Part shown: piece by piece, positions 1-13,519 of the stretch | Layout of the letters: each line of letters opens with the position of its first letter | Numbering within the stretch: the first letter of the stretch is position 1 | NCBI RefSeq assembly: GCF_963921235.1 | Contig: NC_086108.1 | Location: 15,810,001-15,874,000, forward strand | Length of the DNA: 64,000 nt | Source of the DNA: Mobula hypostoma | Lineage: Eukaryota | Reading direction: 5' to 3' | Notes under the pieces: model-generated | The model's database searches: none | Told to the model about the DNA's origin: nothing | What the model saw: the letters and a program-made list of their open reading frames with translations, nothing else | Translations under genes and position numbers: made by a program

Positions 1-2180
1 GGCTAACTTTGAGGAGATGCAAAAGGATTTCGAAGGAGTGGATTGGGACAATTTGTTTTATGGGAAGGATATAATAGAGGAATGGAGGTCATTTAAAGGT
101 GAAATTTGAGGTTACAGAATCTTTATGTTCTTGTTAGGTTGAAAGGAAAGGTTAAAAGTTTGAGAGGGGCATGGTTTTCAAGGGATATTGGAAACTTGGT
201 TCGGAAAAGGAGAGAGATCTACAATAAATATAGGATGCATGGAGTAAGTAAGGTGCTCGAGGAATATAAAGAATGTAAAAAGAATCTTAAGAAAGAAATT
301 AGAAAAGCTAAAAGAAGATGAGGTTGCTTTGGCAAGTAAGGTGAAAATAAATCCAAAGGGTTTCTACAATTATATTAATATCAAAAGGATAGTGAGGGAT
401 AAAATTGGTCCCTTAGAGAATCAGAGTGGACAGCTATGTGTGGAGCCAAAAGAGAATGGGGGAGATTTTGAACAATTTCTTTTCTTCGGTATTCACTAAG
501 GAGAAGGATATTGAATTGTGTAAGGGAAACAAGTAGGGTAGTTATGGAAACTATGGTGATTAAAGAAGAGGAAGTATTGGCGCTTTTAAGGAATATAAAA
601 GTGGATAAATCTCTGGGTCCTGACAGGATAGTCCCTAGGACCTCGAGGGAAGTTAGTGTGGAAATAGCAGGGGCTCTGACAGAAATATTTCAAATATCAT
701 TAGAAACGGGGATGGTGCCGGAGGATTGGCGTATTGCTCACGTGGTTCCATTGTTTAAAAAGGGTTCTAACAGTAAACCTAGTAATTATCAGCCTGTAAG
801 TTTGACATCAGTGGTGGGTAAATTAATAGAAAGTATTTTTAGAGATGGTATATATAGTTATCTGGATAGACAGGGCCTGATTAGGAACAGTCAACATGGA
901 TTTGTGCGTAGCAGGTCATGTTTGACAAATCTTATTGAATTTTTTGAAGAGGTTACTAGGAAAATTGACGAGGGTAAAGTGGTGGATGTTGTCTATATGG
1001 ACTTCAGTAAGGCCTTTGACAAGGTTCCACACGGAAGGTTAGTTAGGAAGGTTCAATTGTTAGGCATTAATATCGAAGTAGTAAAATGGATTCAACAGTG
1101 GCTGGATGGGGGATGCCAGAGAGTGGTGGTGGATAACTGCTTGTCAGTTTGGAGGCCGGTGACTAGTGGTGTGCCTCAGAGATCTGTTCTGGGTCCATTG
1201 TTGTTTGTCATATACATTAATGATCTGGATGATGGGGTGGTAAATTGGATAAGTAAGTATGCAGATGATACTAAGATAGGTGGCGTTGTGGATAATGAAG
1301 TAGGTTTCAAAGCTTGCAGAGAGATTTGGGCCAGTTCGCAGAGTGGGCTGAAAGATGGCAGATGGAGTTTAATGCTGATAAGTGTGAGGTGCTACATTTT
1401 GGTAGGACTAATCAAAATAGGACATACATGGTAAATGGTAGGGCAATGAGGAATGCAGTAGAACAGAGGGATCTAGGAATAATGGTGCATAGTTCCCTGA
1501 AGGTGGAATCTCATGTGGATAGGGTGGTGAAGAAAGCTTTTGGTATGCTGGCCTTTATAAATCAGAGCATTGAGTACAGTAGTTGGAATGTAATGTTAAC
1601 ATTGTACAAGGCATTGGTAAGTCCAGATTTGGAGTATTGTGTACAGTTCTGGTCACCGAATTATTGGAAAGATGTCAACAAAATAGAAAGAGTACAGAGG
1701 AGATTTACTAGAATGTTACCTGGGTTTCGGCACCTAAGTTACAGAGAAAGGTTGAACAAGTTAGGTCTTTATTCTTTGGAGCGTAGAAGGTTGAGGGGGG
1801 ACTTGACAGAGGTATTTAAAATTATGAGGGGGATAGATAGAGTTGATGTGGATAGGCTTTTTCCATTGAGAGTAGAGGGGATTCAAACAAGAGGACATGA
1901 GTTGAGAGTTAAAGGGCAAAAGTTTAGGGTAACATGAGGGGGAACTTCTTTACTCATAGAGTGGTAGCCTTGTGGAACGAGCTTCCAGTAGAAGTGGTAG
2001 AGGCAGGTTCAATTTTGTCATTTAAAAAAAATTGGATAGGTATATGGACAGGAAAGGAATGGAGGGTTATGGGCTGAGTGCAGGTAGATGGGACTAGGCG
2101 AGAATAAGCGTTCGGCACGGACTAGAAGGGCCGAGATGGCACATTTCCGTGCTGTAATTGTTAAACTATGGTTATGTTAT
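1..2180 (+). mobile_element. CR1-clade LINE, ORF2 (reverse transcriptase) and 3' end; frameshifted, runs off the left edge
   Basis: ORFs 511-1434 and 1314-1937 carry CR1 RT motifs: [65 protein letters not shown]. Short repetitive 3' tail near 2165-2180. Confidence 0.95.
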
Positions 2181-2219
2181 ATCTACATCCCATGTTCTTG
2201 AGGTATGCTTATCTATTGT

Positions 2220-2815
2220 CTATGCTGCTGAGGCCACCATTGGTCAGAGTTGACCATGGATATTACGTCCTGGCTGTCTAGATATGGAAGCCAGGGCAGT
2301 ACAGTATGGAAAGCAAGCTTTTATCTAAGTAGCAAGCTTCCCTTCGCCATACATCTGGTGAACCAAAAGGAATGGCAAAGGTTGATACATTTTGGCACCA
2401 GCAGCATAGCAGGAGTTGCCAGTCAATGTGGATCTCAATGTAAGACAGCATTTGGGACTCCAGCCGCAGAATTTTCCCTTGGGTTTTACTCCTGAAGCCT
2501 TCCCCATCAGTGGATATAGCCGTAAGGCAGCGGAGGTTTGAGATCAGAGTTCTCCTCCAAGATGAGCAGCCAGCCATGGCTGACGAGACCCATCTGCCCG
2601 AAGCAACTAGTTTAAAGACACCAGTAAACCACCTCGGACCCTTCTGTCAGTAGAAATAGTTCTGCCAGAATTAGCAGCTACACCACATGTGAAGAGCAGA
2701 AGCTGGACTTGATTGTTAGAGCCTATTTGAGTTGCACGCCTTTGGGAGCATTTAATAGGTCGTGGGAGCTTGTCCCCGTTACCACCCCTGGCTATAACAC
2801 CCTTAAGGAACCAAA
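2220..2815 (-). mobile_element. Probable non-autonomous RTE-derived element (5' UTR-like part joined to a 3' end)
   Basis: No coding capacity. The minus strand ends in ...ggcctcagcagcat, resembling an RTE trinucleotide tail. Family assignment is by resemblance only. Confidence 0.4.
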
Positions 2816-3119
2816 TAATGTATCTGCTGTTTAACTATTGTACTCTTCCTGAAGTCTCTATCCACTCTCCACCTTTCCATCGGGCATCAATCCACTCTGC
2901 ACAGTTTTGGTATTGGTTTACATGTACCAAGACACAATGAAAGATTGTCTTGAACCCTGTTCATACTGATCAACTTATTACACATTGCATTGAGGTAGTA
3001 CAAAGTAAAACAATAACAATGCACAATAAAGTGTAAAGGCTGCAGGTAAACAATAAAGTGCAAGGACACATTGAGGCAGATCGTGAGGTCGAGAGTCCTC
3101 CAGGTCTTCTCATACAAGT

Positions 3120-4053
3120 AACATACATCAAAGTTGCTGGTGAACGCAGCAGGCCAAGCAGCATCTATAGGAAGAGGTGCAGTCGACGTTTCAGGCCGAG
3201 ACCCTTCGTCAGGACTAACTGAAGGAAGAGTGAGTAAGGAATTTGAAAGTTGGAGGGGGAGGGGGAGATCCAAAATGATAGGAGAAGACAGGAGGGGAGG
3301 GGGATAGAGCCGAGAGCTGGACAGGTGATAGGCAAAAGGGGATACGAGAGGATCATGGGACAGGAGGTCCGGGAAGAAAGACGGGGGGGGTGACCCAGAG
3401 GATGGGCAAGAGGTATATTCAGAGGGACAGAGGGAGAAAAAGGAGAGTGAGAGAAAGAATGTGTGCATAAAAATGAGTAACAGATGGGGTACGAGGGGGA
3501 GGTGGGGCCTTAGCGGAAGTTAGAGAAGTCGATGTTCATGTCATCAGGTTGGAGGCTACCCAGACGGAATATAAGGTGTTGTTCCTCCAACCTGAGTGTG
3601 GCTTCATCTCCACAGTAGAGGAGGCCGTGGACAGACATGTCAGAATGGGAATGGGATGTGGAATTAAAATGTGTGGCCACTGGGAGATCCTGCTTTCTCT
3701 GGCGGACAGAGCGTAGATGTTCAGCAAAGCGGTCTCCCAGTCTGCGTCGGGTCTCACCAATATATGGGAATGGGATGTGGAATTAAAATGTGTGGCCGTC
3801 AGAATGGGGATGGGATGTGGAATTAAAATGTGTGGCCATTCGTCCCCCCCATCCCTCCCCACTGATCTCCCTCCTGGCACTTATCCGTGTAAGCGGAACA
3901 AGTGCTACACATGCCCTTACACTTCCTCCCTTACCACCATTCAGGGCCCCAAACAGTCCTTCCAGGTGAGGCATCACTTCACCTGTGAGTCGACTGGGGT
4001 GATGTACTGCGTCCGGTGCTCCCAATGTGGCCTTTTATATATTGGTTGTATTG
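3120..4053 (-). mobile_element. Penelope-like retroelement fragment with internal inversion, 14-bp TSD
   Basis: TSD cttctcatacaagt at 3106-3119 and 4054-4067. GIY-YIG region with CxxxxCxxC...C on + (PGTYPCKRNKCYTC...FTCESTGVMYCVRCSQCGLLYIG, ~3840-4045). The C-terminal GIY-YIG part and pLTR lie on - (3120-3780). Confidence 0.9.
3180..3217 (-). ncRNA. Minimal type I hammerhead ribozyme (Penelope pLTR)
   Basis: Minus strand reads UAGUC CUGACGA AGG-GUCUCGG-CCU GAAAC GUC GACUG: complete core, stem I AGUC/GACU, 3-bp stem II, palindromic ACGU stem III. Confidence 0.85.
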
Positions 4054-4659
4054 CTTCTCATACAAGTGGTCAGTTCCAAGAGTGTGGTAACAGCAAGATA
4101 GAAGCTAACCTTGAACCTGATGGTACATGCTCTCAGACTTTTGTTGCTTTTGGCTGATGGGGTGGGGGGGGAGAAGAGAGAATGTCCACAATAGGTGGGG
4201 TCTTTGCTTATGATGGCTGCTTTACTGAAGCAGAAAGAAGTGTAGACAGGGTCCATAAAGGGAGCCTGGTTCCCATGATGTACCAAACTGTGTCCACAAC
4301 CCTCTCCAGTTTCAGCTTAGTAGTTTCTTACAGACACATTAGAACCAGTTTTAATATCACTGGCATATGCCATGAAATTTGTTGTTTTTTGACAGCAGTA
4401 TATTGCAATACATCATTTTTAAAACTATAAATTACAATAACAAATATATATATAAATTTTAAGTAAGTGACACGCACAAAATACTGGAGGAACTCAGAAG
4501 GCCAGGCAGTATCTATGGAAAAGAGTAAACAGTCGACGTTTGGGGCCAATGTATCTGCATATTTTCTCGTGTTCGTAAAATTAAGTAAGTAGTGCAAAAG
4601 AGAGAAAATAATAATGAGGTAGTATTCATGGGTTCATTGTCCACTCAGAAATCTGATGG

Positions 4660-5080
4660 CGCAGCATGCAGAGAAGATTTACCAGGATGCTGCCTGGACT
4701 AGAGGGCATGTCTTAGGAAGATAGGTTCAGTGAGGATGCGGGGGGGGGGGTGTAACTTAATAGAGGTGTTTAAGATAAAAAGCATAAATTGAGTGGATAA
4801 ACAGAGACTTTTCCCAGGATAGAAATGGCTAATACAAGGAGACAAAATTATGAACTGATTGGAGGTAACTATAGGGGAGATGTCACAGAAAGTGGTGGGT
4901 GTATGAAATGACCTGCTAGGTGTGATGGTTGAAGCAGATACAGTAGGGGCATTTAAAGAACTGTTAGATAGGTAGATGGGTGATAGAAAAATGTAGGGCT
5001 ATGTAGGTGGGAAGGTTTAGATTGATCTTAGAGTTAAGTTAAAAGGTTGGCACAACATCATGTGCTGTTATGTTCTATGA
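4660..5080 (+). mobile_element. CR1 3' fragment, degraded
   Basis: cagagaagatttaccaggatgctgcctgga (QRRFTRMLPG) followed by a CR1-type 3' UTR. Confidence 0.7.
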
Positions 5081-6109
5081 AATAAGAAAAAAACTGCAGC
5101 CTGTACGGATCTTGCAAAGTTTCAGGTATGATCTTCTCTGGTGTTTGGAAAGGAAGAGAAAAAAGGAACATATGCATTCATATAGTGCCTTTCATGGTCT
5201 TAGAATATCCCAAAGGAACTGAATGTTATTAAAAGTCTGCTCTCTGACTTCTCAGACTGGAGAACAGTAATCTATTATGTCTACACTGATGGAGACACAA
5301 CAGACTGCAGATGCTGGAATCCTCAGCAATACACAAGATGCTGGAGGCACTCAGCAGGTCACTTTGTGGAGGGAAATATGCAGTCAATGTTTCAAGATGA
5401 AGGTCTCTGTCCAAATCCTCCCAAAGATGCTGTCTGACCAGCTGAATTCCTCTGTATTTTCCATGTGTGTCCACTTATCTCTAACATTTTGCTGCAGCAC
5501 CCTGTATGGTCATAGTCCACATCCCTGATGATACAACCTCTGTCTCTGCTTCCTTCTGTCTTTTCACTGCCCTGTCTTAATTGTTTCTGTTTGTAATTTT
5601 CTGCCTGTGAGGTGTCAGTGGGGATGTTGCAATTATACAGTGAGGTCTTGAATCCCTTTCTTTCTCCACTTGGTAGTCTCATCAGATGACAGAGCTGGGA
5701 ATAGAATTTCACACCAGCTCATGGGACAATGGGTAGGATTTTCTGCACACAGGTACCAGACAGTTTGGGATTTCAGAGCAGGTGTTCACTATGGTAGATG
5801 TGCCAACATTTCTGATGGCTGTTGACAGTATTTCTGACAGGGGATGGACAGGTAAACAGGTATGGGTGTTGTCAATAGCCTCTGTGTGCTCCTATCAGAA
5901 ACATTTCAAGGTTGCCAGTGCTTTCCCAGGTAAAACTTCTCCACTGCGATGAGTAAAAGCATTTCACTCAGTGTTTTGGATGCTGCACTCACTGCTGTCT
6001 TGCTTTTTTCATATGTTAGTGTTGCGTTGTATTCGTTGGGCTTAAAGTGCACCTTGTTAAAGAATAACCTTGTTTAGTCTCAGTATTTCAAAAATTCCTG
6101 CTCATGTTA

Positions 6110-6520
6110 TAGCCCAACTGACCTATATTGATTGTGTTGTCGACCAAACTGGTCCCATTTCTCCCTCATTTTCGTTCACAGCCTTCTAAACTTCTATACA
6201 CATACTTATCAGATGGCTTTGAAATGTTAATGTAGCTGCCTCAACCATTTTTGGCAGCTCATTCCAAGTACATACATCCTTTGTGTGAAGAAGCTGCTCA
6301 TGATATCTATTTTAAATCTCTTGCCTGTGATCTTAAACATACACCCTGGGAAAAGGCTCTGCTTTCACTGTGTCTGCCCATCATGATGGTAATATGTACC
6401 TCTATCATATAAAGTCCTAGTCTACGCAATCACTCCTTGTAACAAAGGCTCCCAAGTCCAGGCAACATCTTGTTAAGTTTTATCTGCACTCTTCCTAGTT
6501 TAATAGCATATTTCCTGTAC
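6110..6520 (-). mobile_element. CR1 3' fragment, degraded
   Basis: Reverse-complement similarity to the other CR1 3' ends in the window (ggcagctcattcca..., ccaggcaacatcttgt). Confidence 0.55.
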
Positions 6521-8044
6521 TGCGGTCGGTCTCCAGCAGATTTCTTTGAACTCATCTTGGCTCACTTCCTCACTTTCTCAAGCTCTCCAAACCACTTTCA
6601 GATGCTCCAAAAGAAACCTCCCTCTTGGCCATCATTTAGTCATCATTCCAGATATCTTCACATCCAGTGATACATTAAGTTTTGTTTAATAAAGCTCCAG
6701 TGAAGCTACTTATAAATTATTACAACTTTTAAAGCACAATAAAGATGCTAGGCTGAAACACACTTTCAGTGTCAATGATTATTGGTGTCAGATGTTTTGT
6801 TACATTGCCTTGCTCTGTTAAAGTGGCCAAGTTGCTTCATTGCCTTTGATTGCTTGAGTCCTGAGTCTTGAGTATCCTTCTGTTTAGTTGTCTTTGTCTT
6901 ATGTTGCCTTCTGTGCTTATTTGCTCAGGTTTCTTTTTTTGCTTCTTTCAGCTGCTGTTGCCAATAAAATACATTTAGGTGCCACGCCTCATGTGTTTTT
7001 AGCTGTGTTTAGGCTTCTTGTTTCTTGCTGTGTATAGATGCACGTCTTGTGATTTTGTCGATACGCATCTTGTATTTCTGCTGTGTTACCTGACCAAGTA
7101 TTGCTGTGTTTAGATGGCCAATACTGGTGTTTCCTGCTGTGTCCAGCTGCCTCCATCATGTGTTTCTTGCTGTATGTAGATGTCTGTTTTATGTTCCTTG
7201 CTGTGTTTTAATCTGTGTCACATGCTTACCACTGTGGGTTCTATATATCATAAAATCATGGAATCATACAACACAAATGCAGGTCCTTCAGACAACCATG
7301 TCCATGCTAACTGACAAATGCCTATTGGTACACGTTTCATGTGCCCTGTTGTGTCCCATGTGCCAGAATCTCATGTTTCTTCCTGTGTTTAGATACCTGT
7401 GTCTTGCATTTCCTCCAATGCTTAGGCACCCAAGTCTCTTGTGTTTCTTCCTGTGTTTTTTGGGTGTCCGAGTCGCATGTTTCCTCCTTTGTTTAGATGA
7501 TCGAGTTATGTATTTCTTCTTGTATTATGGTGCCTGAGGTATTTTTGTTTTAATGTGTGAGTCCTGTGTTCCTACTTGTGTTTAGCTGCCCAAGTCTCAT
7601 TAGGTGGCTACATCTTGAGTTCTTTTGCTGTGTTTTGGAGCCCAGGCCTGTCATTTTCTGCTTCGTTTGCAAGTCCACAATCAAAAATATTGGCATTGTA
7701 ATAAAAACAAGATGCTGGAAATGCTGAGCAGAACCAAGCACTATTTGTAGAGAACAGTTAACATTTCATGTCAGAAAGAAAACTTTTTAGTATCAGAGAA
7801 AGTGTGGCAGGGGTGGGTAGAATGGAGGAAATGTCTCTGATACAGTGAGACCAAATTATTCAGTGGCAGTTATCAGCATATTATGCTCCTTTGTAGTGTT
7901 GTTTGCAGGGTTGTGTGATGTGTCCTGCGACCCAGCCTTTGCCAGTAGGAAACAAACAACTGAACCAAAATGATGGCAGGCAAACTTGTCCATTCTGCTA
8001 CAGAAGGGTGAGTTAGCTGAAGCTGGAGAATTCAATATCAGTTG

Positions 8045-8345
8045 TTTATTTATTTTTATTTTTATTTAGAGATACAGTGGGGATTAGGACAATTGGGCCT
8101 TTCAAGTCACACTGCTCCACAACCCCCAACAACCCCAATTTAACCCTAAGTAATCATGGGACAATTTACAATGACCAATTAACGTACTCGATATGTCTTT
8201 GGACTGTGGGAGGAAATTGGATCACCTGGAGAAAACCCATGGGGAGAACGTACAGAGATTATTACAGAGGATGCTGGCATTGAATTCCGAACTCTGATCC
8301 CCTGAGCTGTAATAGCATTGCGCTAACTGTTCTGCTACCATGCAG
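8045..8345 (-). mobile_element. tRNA-derived V-SINE-like element (HE1-type)
   Basis: (TTTA)n tail at ~8045; V-domain-like core tctttggactgtgggaggaa...; antisense to the copies at 8925 and 30820. Confidence 0.65.
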
Positions 8346-10010
8346 GTTATTTTATTTTTCTGAAGTACTGGGATGATAGTAGTTTTCTGAAAGCTGGTGG
8401 GAACCACAATTTGAAGTGTGGAGAGGTTAAGAATGTTTACAAATACCCCCACCAGCTGATCTGCACAGAATCTAAGGCACAGCAAGGACACCATCTGGGT
8501 CAGGTTCGTACTGTGGGTTCACTCTCTGGAAGACAGATTTCCATCTGCAAAGGTGATTCTGTGTTCAGGTACATTAGAGACTATTGGAGTGGATGATATA
8601 CCCATTCCCCTTCTGCCCAAAACGTGGATAGAATGTGTTAAACTCATCAGGAAGGGTTGTGCTGCTGTTGTTGATGCTGCCCGACTTTGTTTTGTAGCCC
8701 ATTATAGCATGTAAGCCCTGCCACAACTGATGACCAGTCTGTGACTCAATTTCAGACTGGTATTGTCTTTTGGTGTCTGATAGATTTACAGAGGTTGTAT
8801 CTCAATTATTTTTTGTAAAGCTTAGGTCAGTGGGGAGTGGATCTCGAGTTCACCCAAAGTTTCCAGTTTGGGAGCACCCAGATTGTCCTCTTTGGTACAC
8901 CGTTCACAACATTGTAATGTGCTATGGGCACGTAGTGGTTATTGCTCGGGGGCATCAGAGTTTGGAGTTCAATTTGAAGTTTGTACATCTGTCCCATGAG
9001 CACATGGGTTTTCTCCAGGTGCTCTGGTTTCCTCCCACAGTCCAAAGATATACCCAATAGGTGCTTAATTGTTCATTGTAAGTTTCCTGTGATTAGTCTA
9101 GGATTAAATATGTGGTTGCTGGGAGGTGTGGCTTGTTGAGCCAGAAGGACCTGTTCTACACTTTATCTCTAAATAAATAAACAAACAAACAAACAGACAC
9201 TTCTTTGATAAATTTCACACTGTTAATGATATATTCATCGAGGCTGGCAACTGAGTCTTTGAGCATAGACTCAAAGCTGTGTCACAAAAGCTCCTCTACA
9301 GCTCTGCACTACTTTCTGTATCGGATCCTCCCATTTCAGCTTCTATATGTATGCAGAAAATAGGAGTACAGCCTGGTGATCTGATTTACAAAAGTGTGGT
9401 CAGGGTGGGGGAGTCGGGGTGGCGAGTGGCTTGGTCACCATCTTTAATGGTTCTACAGCAATAATCGTCAGAACCATTGTTGTGTCACTGTTTGGGCCCC
9501 TGGTGCGACAGGAAATGTGCTGGTTGTAATTTGGTGACACACTCATTTGGCCTGTTGGCATCACTGATAATCATGAAGAGGGCAACTGGATACCCCATTT
9601 CAAAGCTGTTGACCACAGAGGATAGTGCAATGAGTGCAGGCTTCATATCCATCTGAGATGGGATCCACCAGGCCAACTGACTGTTTAATTCATGCTGATG
9701 CAACTGTATTTCTATGTTATATTGACTATCCTGTTGGACATAATATTTATTATAAATTACTGTGATTGCACGTTACACATTTAGACGGAGAAGTAACGTA
9801 AAGATTTTTACTCCTCATGTATACAAAGGATGTAAGAAATAAAGTCAATTCAATTCAATTCAATATAGACTACCAACCAGTGAAGTCTCGGGACAGGTAG
9901 TCTAGGAAACACTTCACCATGAGATATTCCAAACTGAGTGAGCAGGAGCTCAGCAGAACCATCACGTCTGAGCACCATGAGGAGTTGGTTAAGAAACAAC
10001 CTGTCCTCAC
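8345..10010 (-). mobile_element. Rex1/Babar-like LINE ORF2 remnants interrupted by a SINE and a Rex1 3' end
   Basis: Minus-strand peptide LRFCADQLVGVFVNILNLS...VPTSFQKTTIIPV..KNKITC is typical of the Rex1 pre-RT region. A + strand Rex1-like tail (CAATT)n lies at ~9700-9862. Confidence 0.6.
8925..9195 (+). mobile_element. tRNA-derived V-SINE-like element
   Basis: gggttttctccaggtgctctggtttcctcccacagtccaaaga core and a ctctaaataaataaacaaac tail. Confidence 0.7.
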
Positions 10011-10099
10011 AGGGCACAAAAAAATGGGAATATTATTACATTGAACTATGATGCTCAGGCAATCAGTCCGTTTATAAACATTAGTGGGCCTTCATCTGA

Positions 10100-10750
10100 G
10101 AGCTTCCTTTAAATGCAATGTTAGTATCCATTTTAAGAGGACTAGAATATAAGAGCAAGGATGTAATGTTGGGGCTTTATAAAGTACTGGTGAGGCTTCA
10201 CTTGGAGTATTGTGAGCAGTTTTGGGCCCCTTATCTAAGAAAGGATGTGCTGACATTGGAGAGGGTTTAAAAGAGGTTCATGTACATGATTCCAGGATTG
10301 AAATGCTTATTATATGGTGGCTCTGGGCCTATACTCACTAGAATTCAGAGGAATGAGGGGTGACCTTATTGAAACCTATCAAATGTTGAAAGGCCTCGAT
10401 AGTGAGGATGTGGAGAGGATGTTTCCTGTGGTGAGGGAGTCTAAGACCAGAAGACACAGTCTCAGAATAGAGGGTATCCTTTTGGAACAGAGATGAGGAG
10501 AAATTTCTTTAGCCAGAGAGTGGTGAATCTTTGGAATTTATTGCCACAGGTGGCTGTGGAGGCCATCATTGGGTATATTTAAGGCAGAGGCTGATAGATT
10601 CTTGATTTGTCAGAGAATGAAAGGTTACAGGGATAAGGCAGGAGATTGGAGCTGAGAGGAAAAATGGGTCAGCCATGATGAAATGGCAGAGCAGACACGA
10701 TGGGCCAAATGGCCTCATTCTGCTCCTATATCTTATGGCCTTATGGCCTA
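10100..10750 (+). mobile_element. CR1 3' fragment
   Basis: ORF 10314-10496 LGLYSLEFRGMRGDLIETY; 3' end ctgctcctatatcttatggccttatgg. Confidence 0.85.
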
Positions 10751-11994
10751 AACGCACCTCTCTGCAAACATGGTTAAATGGGAGTATCCCACAACGTGGA
10801 CAGCTTGGTCAGCATGAATGAGTTGGGCTGTTTTACTCTATGAACACATTTGTGTTTGGGTCTCGTGTTTCCTCCTGTGTTTAAATATCTGAGTCTTATG
10901 TTTCCTGTTGATTTCAATGCCCTTCTCCTAATTGTTCAATTATCCAGCTACTTGTTCAGTTGTCCATTTGGCTTTCATCATGACTGTTGCTCTGTTGACC
11001 AGCATTCGTGGGCCGTGCCAATCTCACTTTCAGTAATTTGTGCTCAGCAGTTTCCTTCACCATTCTGTTCTTAGAATGGAGACTCTTGGATTAAAGCACT
11101 CTCATGCTTACAAACTGACCAATTGCCTGAGCAACATAGTGTTTCATGTAATTATATTCCCATCTTTTTGTGCCCTGTTTGCCCAATGTCAGGGATTTGT
11201 AATCCCATTTTACTCTTGTGTGGGAGGTAAGGACAGATTGTCAATTTCTTTGCAGCTGACAATCTGTCCCTGCCAATGTATGTTTTTCCAGTTATCCGTA
11301 ACTGTCTCTTAAACTTTTTAAAAAACAGAGAGATCTTGCTGGAAGACATTTTCCAGATCAAAAATGAACTGACTGAAATTTCTCTCACCTGATTCCTTTG
11401 AGTGGTTCCTGTAGTTACTTATATACTCCTCAAGTCATTGTGTTGCATCCTACCAACAAATAATTGGTTCACCCCGTCCACCCCTCCTTGCTGTGTATGC
11501 TACTATGCCTGAGGACAGAGGTCGGAATTATGAGAATTCACTGTTCCTACTGAATATCCAGAGTGTAAACCATTGACTCTAAACCCGCCACACTTTCAAT
11601 TAGATCCACAACTCACTCCATTTAACTTCAATAATAATGGAGCTGGAAGAGTCCTCCCTGTGTAGGTCATTTATTGTCACTGAAATCTTCACCCTCAGAT
11701 GCACAGATGGGAAGGTGAACAAGGAGCTCTTGTCTGTGGCCATAACTCTGGGTGTTCTGTACGCCACTTACTGTTTGAGAGCAATGCAAGCCATCTTGCC
11801 CAGGAAGACCTCGCGTTCTTTTAACTAGTTTTATCCTCAGATGGGAAGTGACAGACAGCCACCTTTTTTGGTCCAGTGCATCTTTTTTTAGGACCTGCTG
11901 AGTGTTGCTGGAATTTTAGGCAGTGGGCAGAATTGAAGACTGATTGCCAGAAAAGGTCAGCACCTGGAAGGAGTTTCTGAACATAATCAGGATT

Positions 11995-12560
11995 GACAGA
12001 GTGGCAGATTTAGTACAGCTACTGTCTCACAGCGCCAGGGATCTGAGTTCTCTGGAGACCATGTGCATTGCCTCACTGCCTTCCTCCCACATCCAAAACT
12101 TTTTACTGTTGGACTTCGGCCACATTCCACCGAGATTCAACACTGGGTGGCACGGAAGGTCATTCCTGCCTGTGGCCATCGAACTTGCAGCTCCTCCCGT
12201 GGAGGGTCAGACACCCTGAGCCAATAGACTGGTCCTGAACTTTTTTCCACCTGGCATAGTTTGCATTTTGTTGTTTGATTGTTTGTGGTTTTTGTATTGC
12301 TATATTTATGCTCTGTTCTTGGTTGGTGCGGCTGTAACGAAACCCAGTTTCCCTCGGGATCAATAAAGTATATCTATCTATGTGAGGATTGGCAGGTTAA
12401 TTGACCATTGTGTGTGTGTGTCTGTGTGTATGTGTAGGTGAGTGGTATTATCTGTGGAGACTTGATAAGAATGTGGGAAGAGTAAAATAGGATTCAAGTA
12501 AGATTAGTCTAGACAAGTAGTTGATGGTCATCACAGACTCAGTGAGCTGAAGAGCCTTTT
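11995..12560 (+). mobile_element. V-SINE-like element interrupted by a Rex1-type 3' end (~12113-12380)
   Basis: SINE head ...ctcacagcgccagggatctgagttc. The insert ends cctcgggatcaataaagtatatctatcta, then the SINE resumes at ggcaggttaattgacc. Confidence 0.6.
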
Positions 12561-13519
12561 TCTGTGCTTGTCTCTCTGAGTAGAAGCAAAGGAAAGACTC
12601 TGCCTACTGGTGAACAAACTATTGGGTTAAATTGAGGAAATGCATTTAGAAGGGTTGGTCACCAACAGGCATTGTGGAGTTTCACAGAGTGTTGTATCTG
12701 ACTGGATGGGTTTTTTGAGAATGTAAATGGACTCGGTGATGAGAGTAGCACATTTGTTGCATTATACATGCATGGATTTTGACAAGATATTTGACAAATT
12801 CTTATGTGCCAAATTAATCAAAAAGGTCAAAGCCCTTGGCTTCCAAAAGAGAGTTGGACTGATAATTGGTCCATTGTGGCTTTCATGAGGAAATTGGATA
12901 AGTATGTGAGGGCTACAGGAAAAATGTCAAAGGGTGGAAATAGTGAGTTGCTCTGTTAGAGGGCCAGTGTGATTAAAATATGCCAAATGGCCTCATTCTG
13001 TCCAGCAACCATTCCATAATTAAAATGGCAGAGAGTAAAGGACATTGACCAGTGGCAATTTTAGTGACAGTGGGATCCACAGGGCCCAGTACGATATCTT
13101 TTTTTCTTTTCAGTGTTTGTAAATAACTTAAACTTGAATGCTGGAACAACATTTAAAATGTTTTGCCAACAGTACTCCAGAATTGACAGTGTAGTTCATT
13201 GTGATGAATAAAGTTGTAACTGCAGGAAGATATCAGTGGACTGATTAGATGGACACAAAAGTGATGAGAGCAAGTCAGTCTGCAAAGGTATGAGGTCGTG
13301 TGGACTTGAGGATGACAAACCAGATACATAGTCATGATATGGAGGTACTGTGCTGCTTTGGTATTTACCAGTCCTTTGTATATGGCCTTGCAGGTAATGT
13401 ATGCTGTCTATATGGATTTTACAACTTTCCAGACTACTTGCAAAATAAAATGACCATATGTTTTTCCCCCTTTTAAGCTAACCAAGGGATAGGCAATAGG
13501 ATGGTCACAGACTACATGT

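Noticed and set aside
4470..4550. Additional hammerhead copy
   Set aside because: A related Penelope-type end with agtcgacgttt, but truncated before the CUGAnGA core.
6850..7660. Cys/Leu/Phe-rich ORF 7106-7537
   Set aside because: It derives from a degenerate low-complexity TG-rich repeat (tgtttcctgctgtgttta-like) and has no domain signature.
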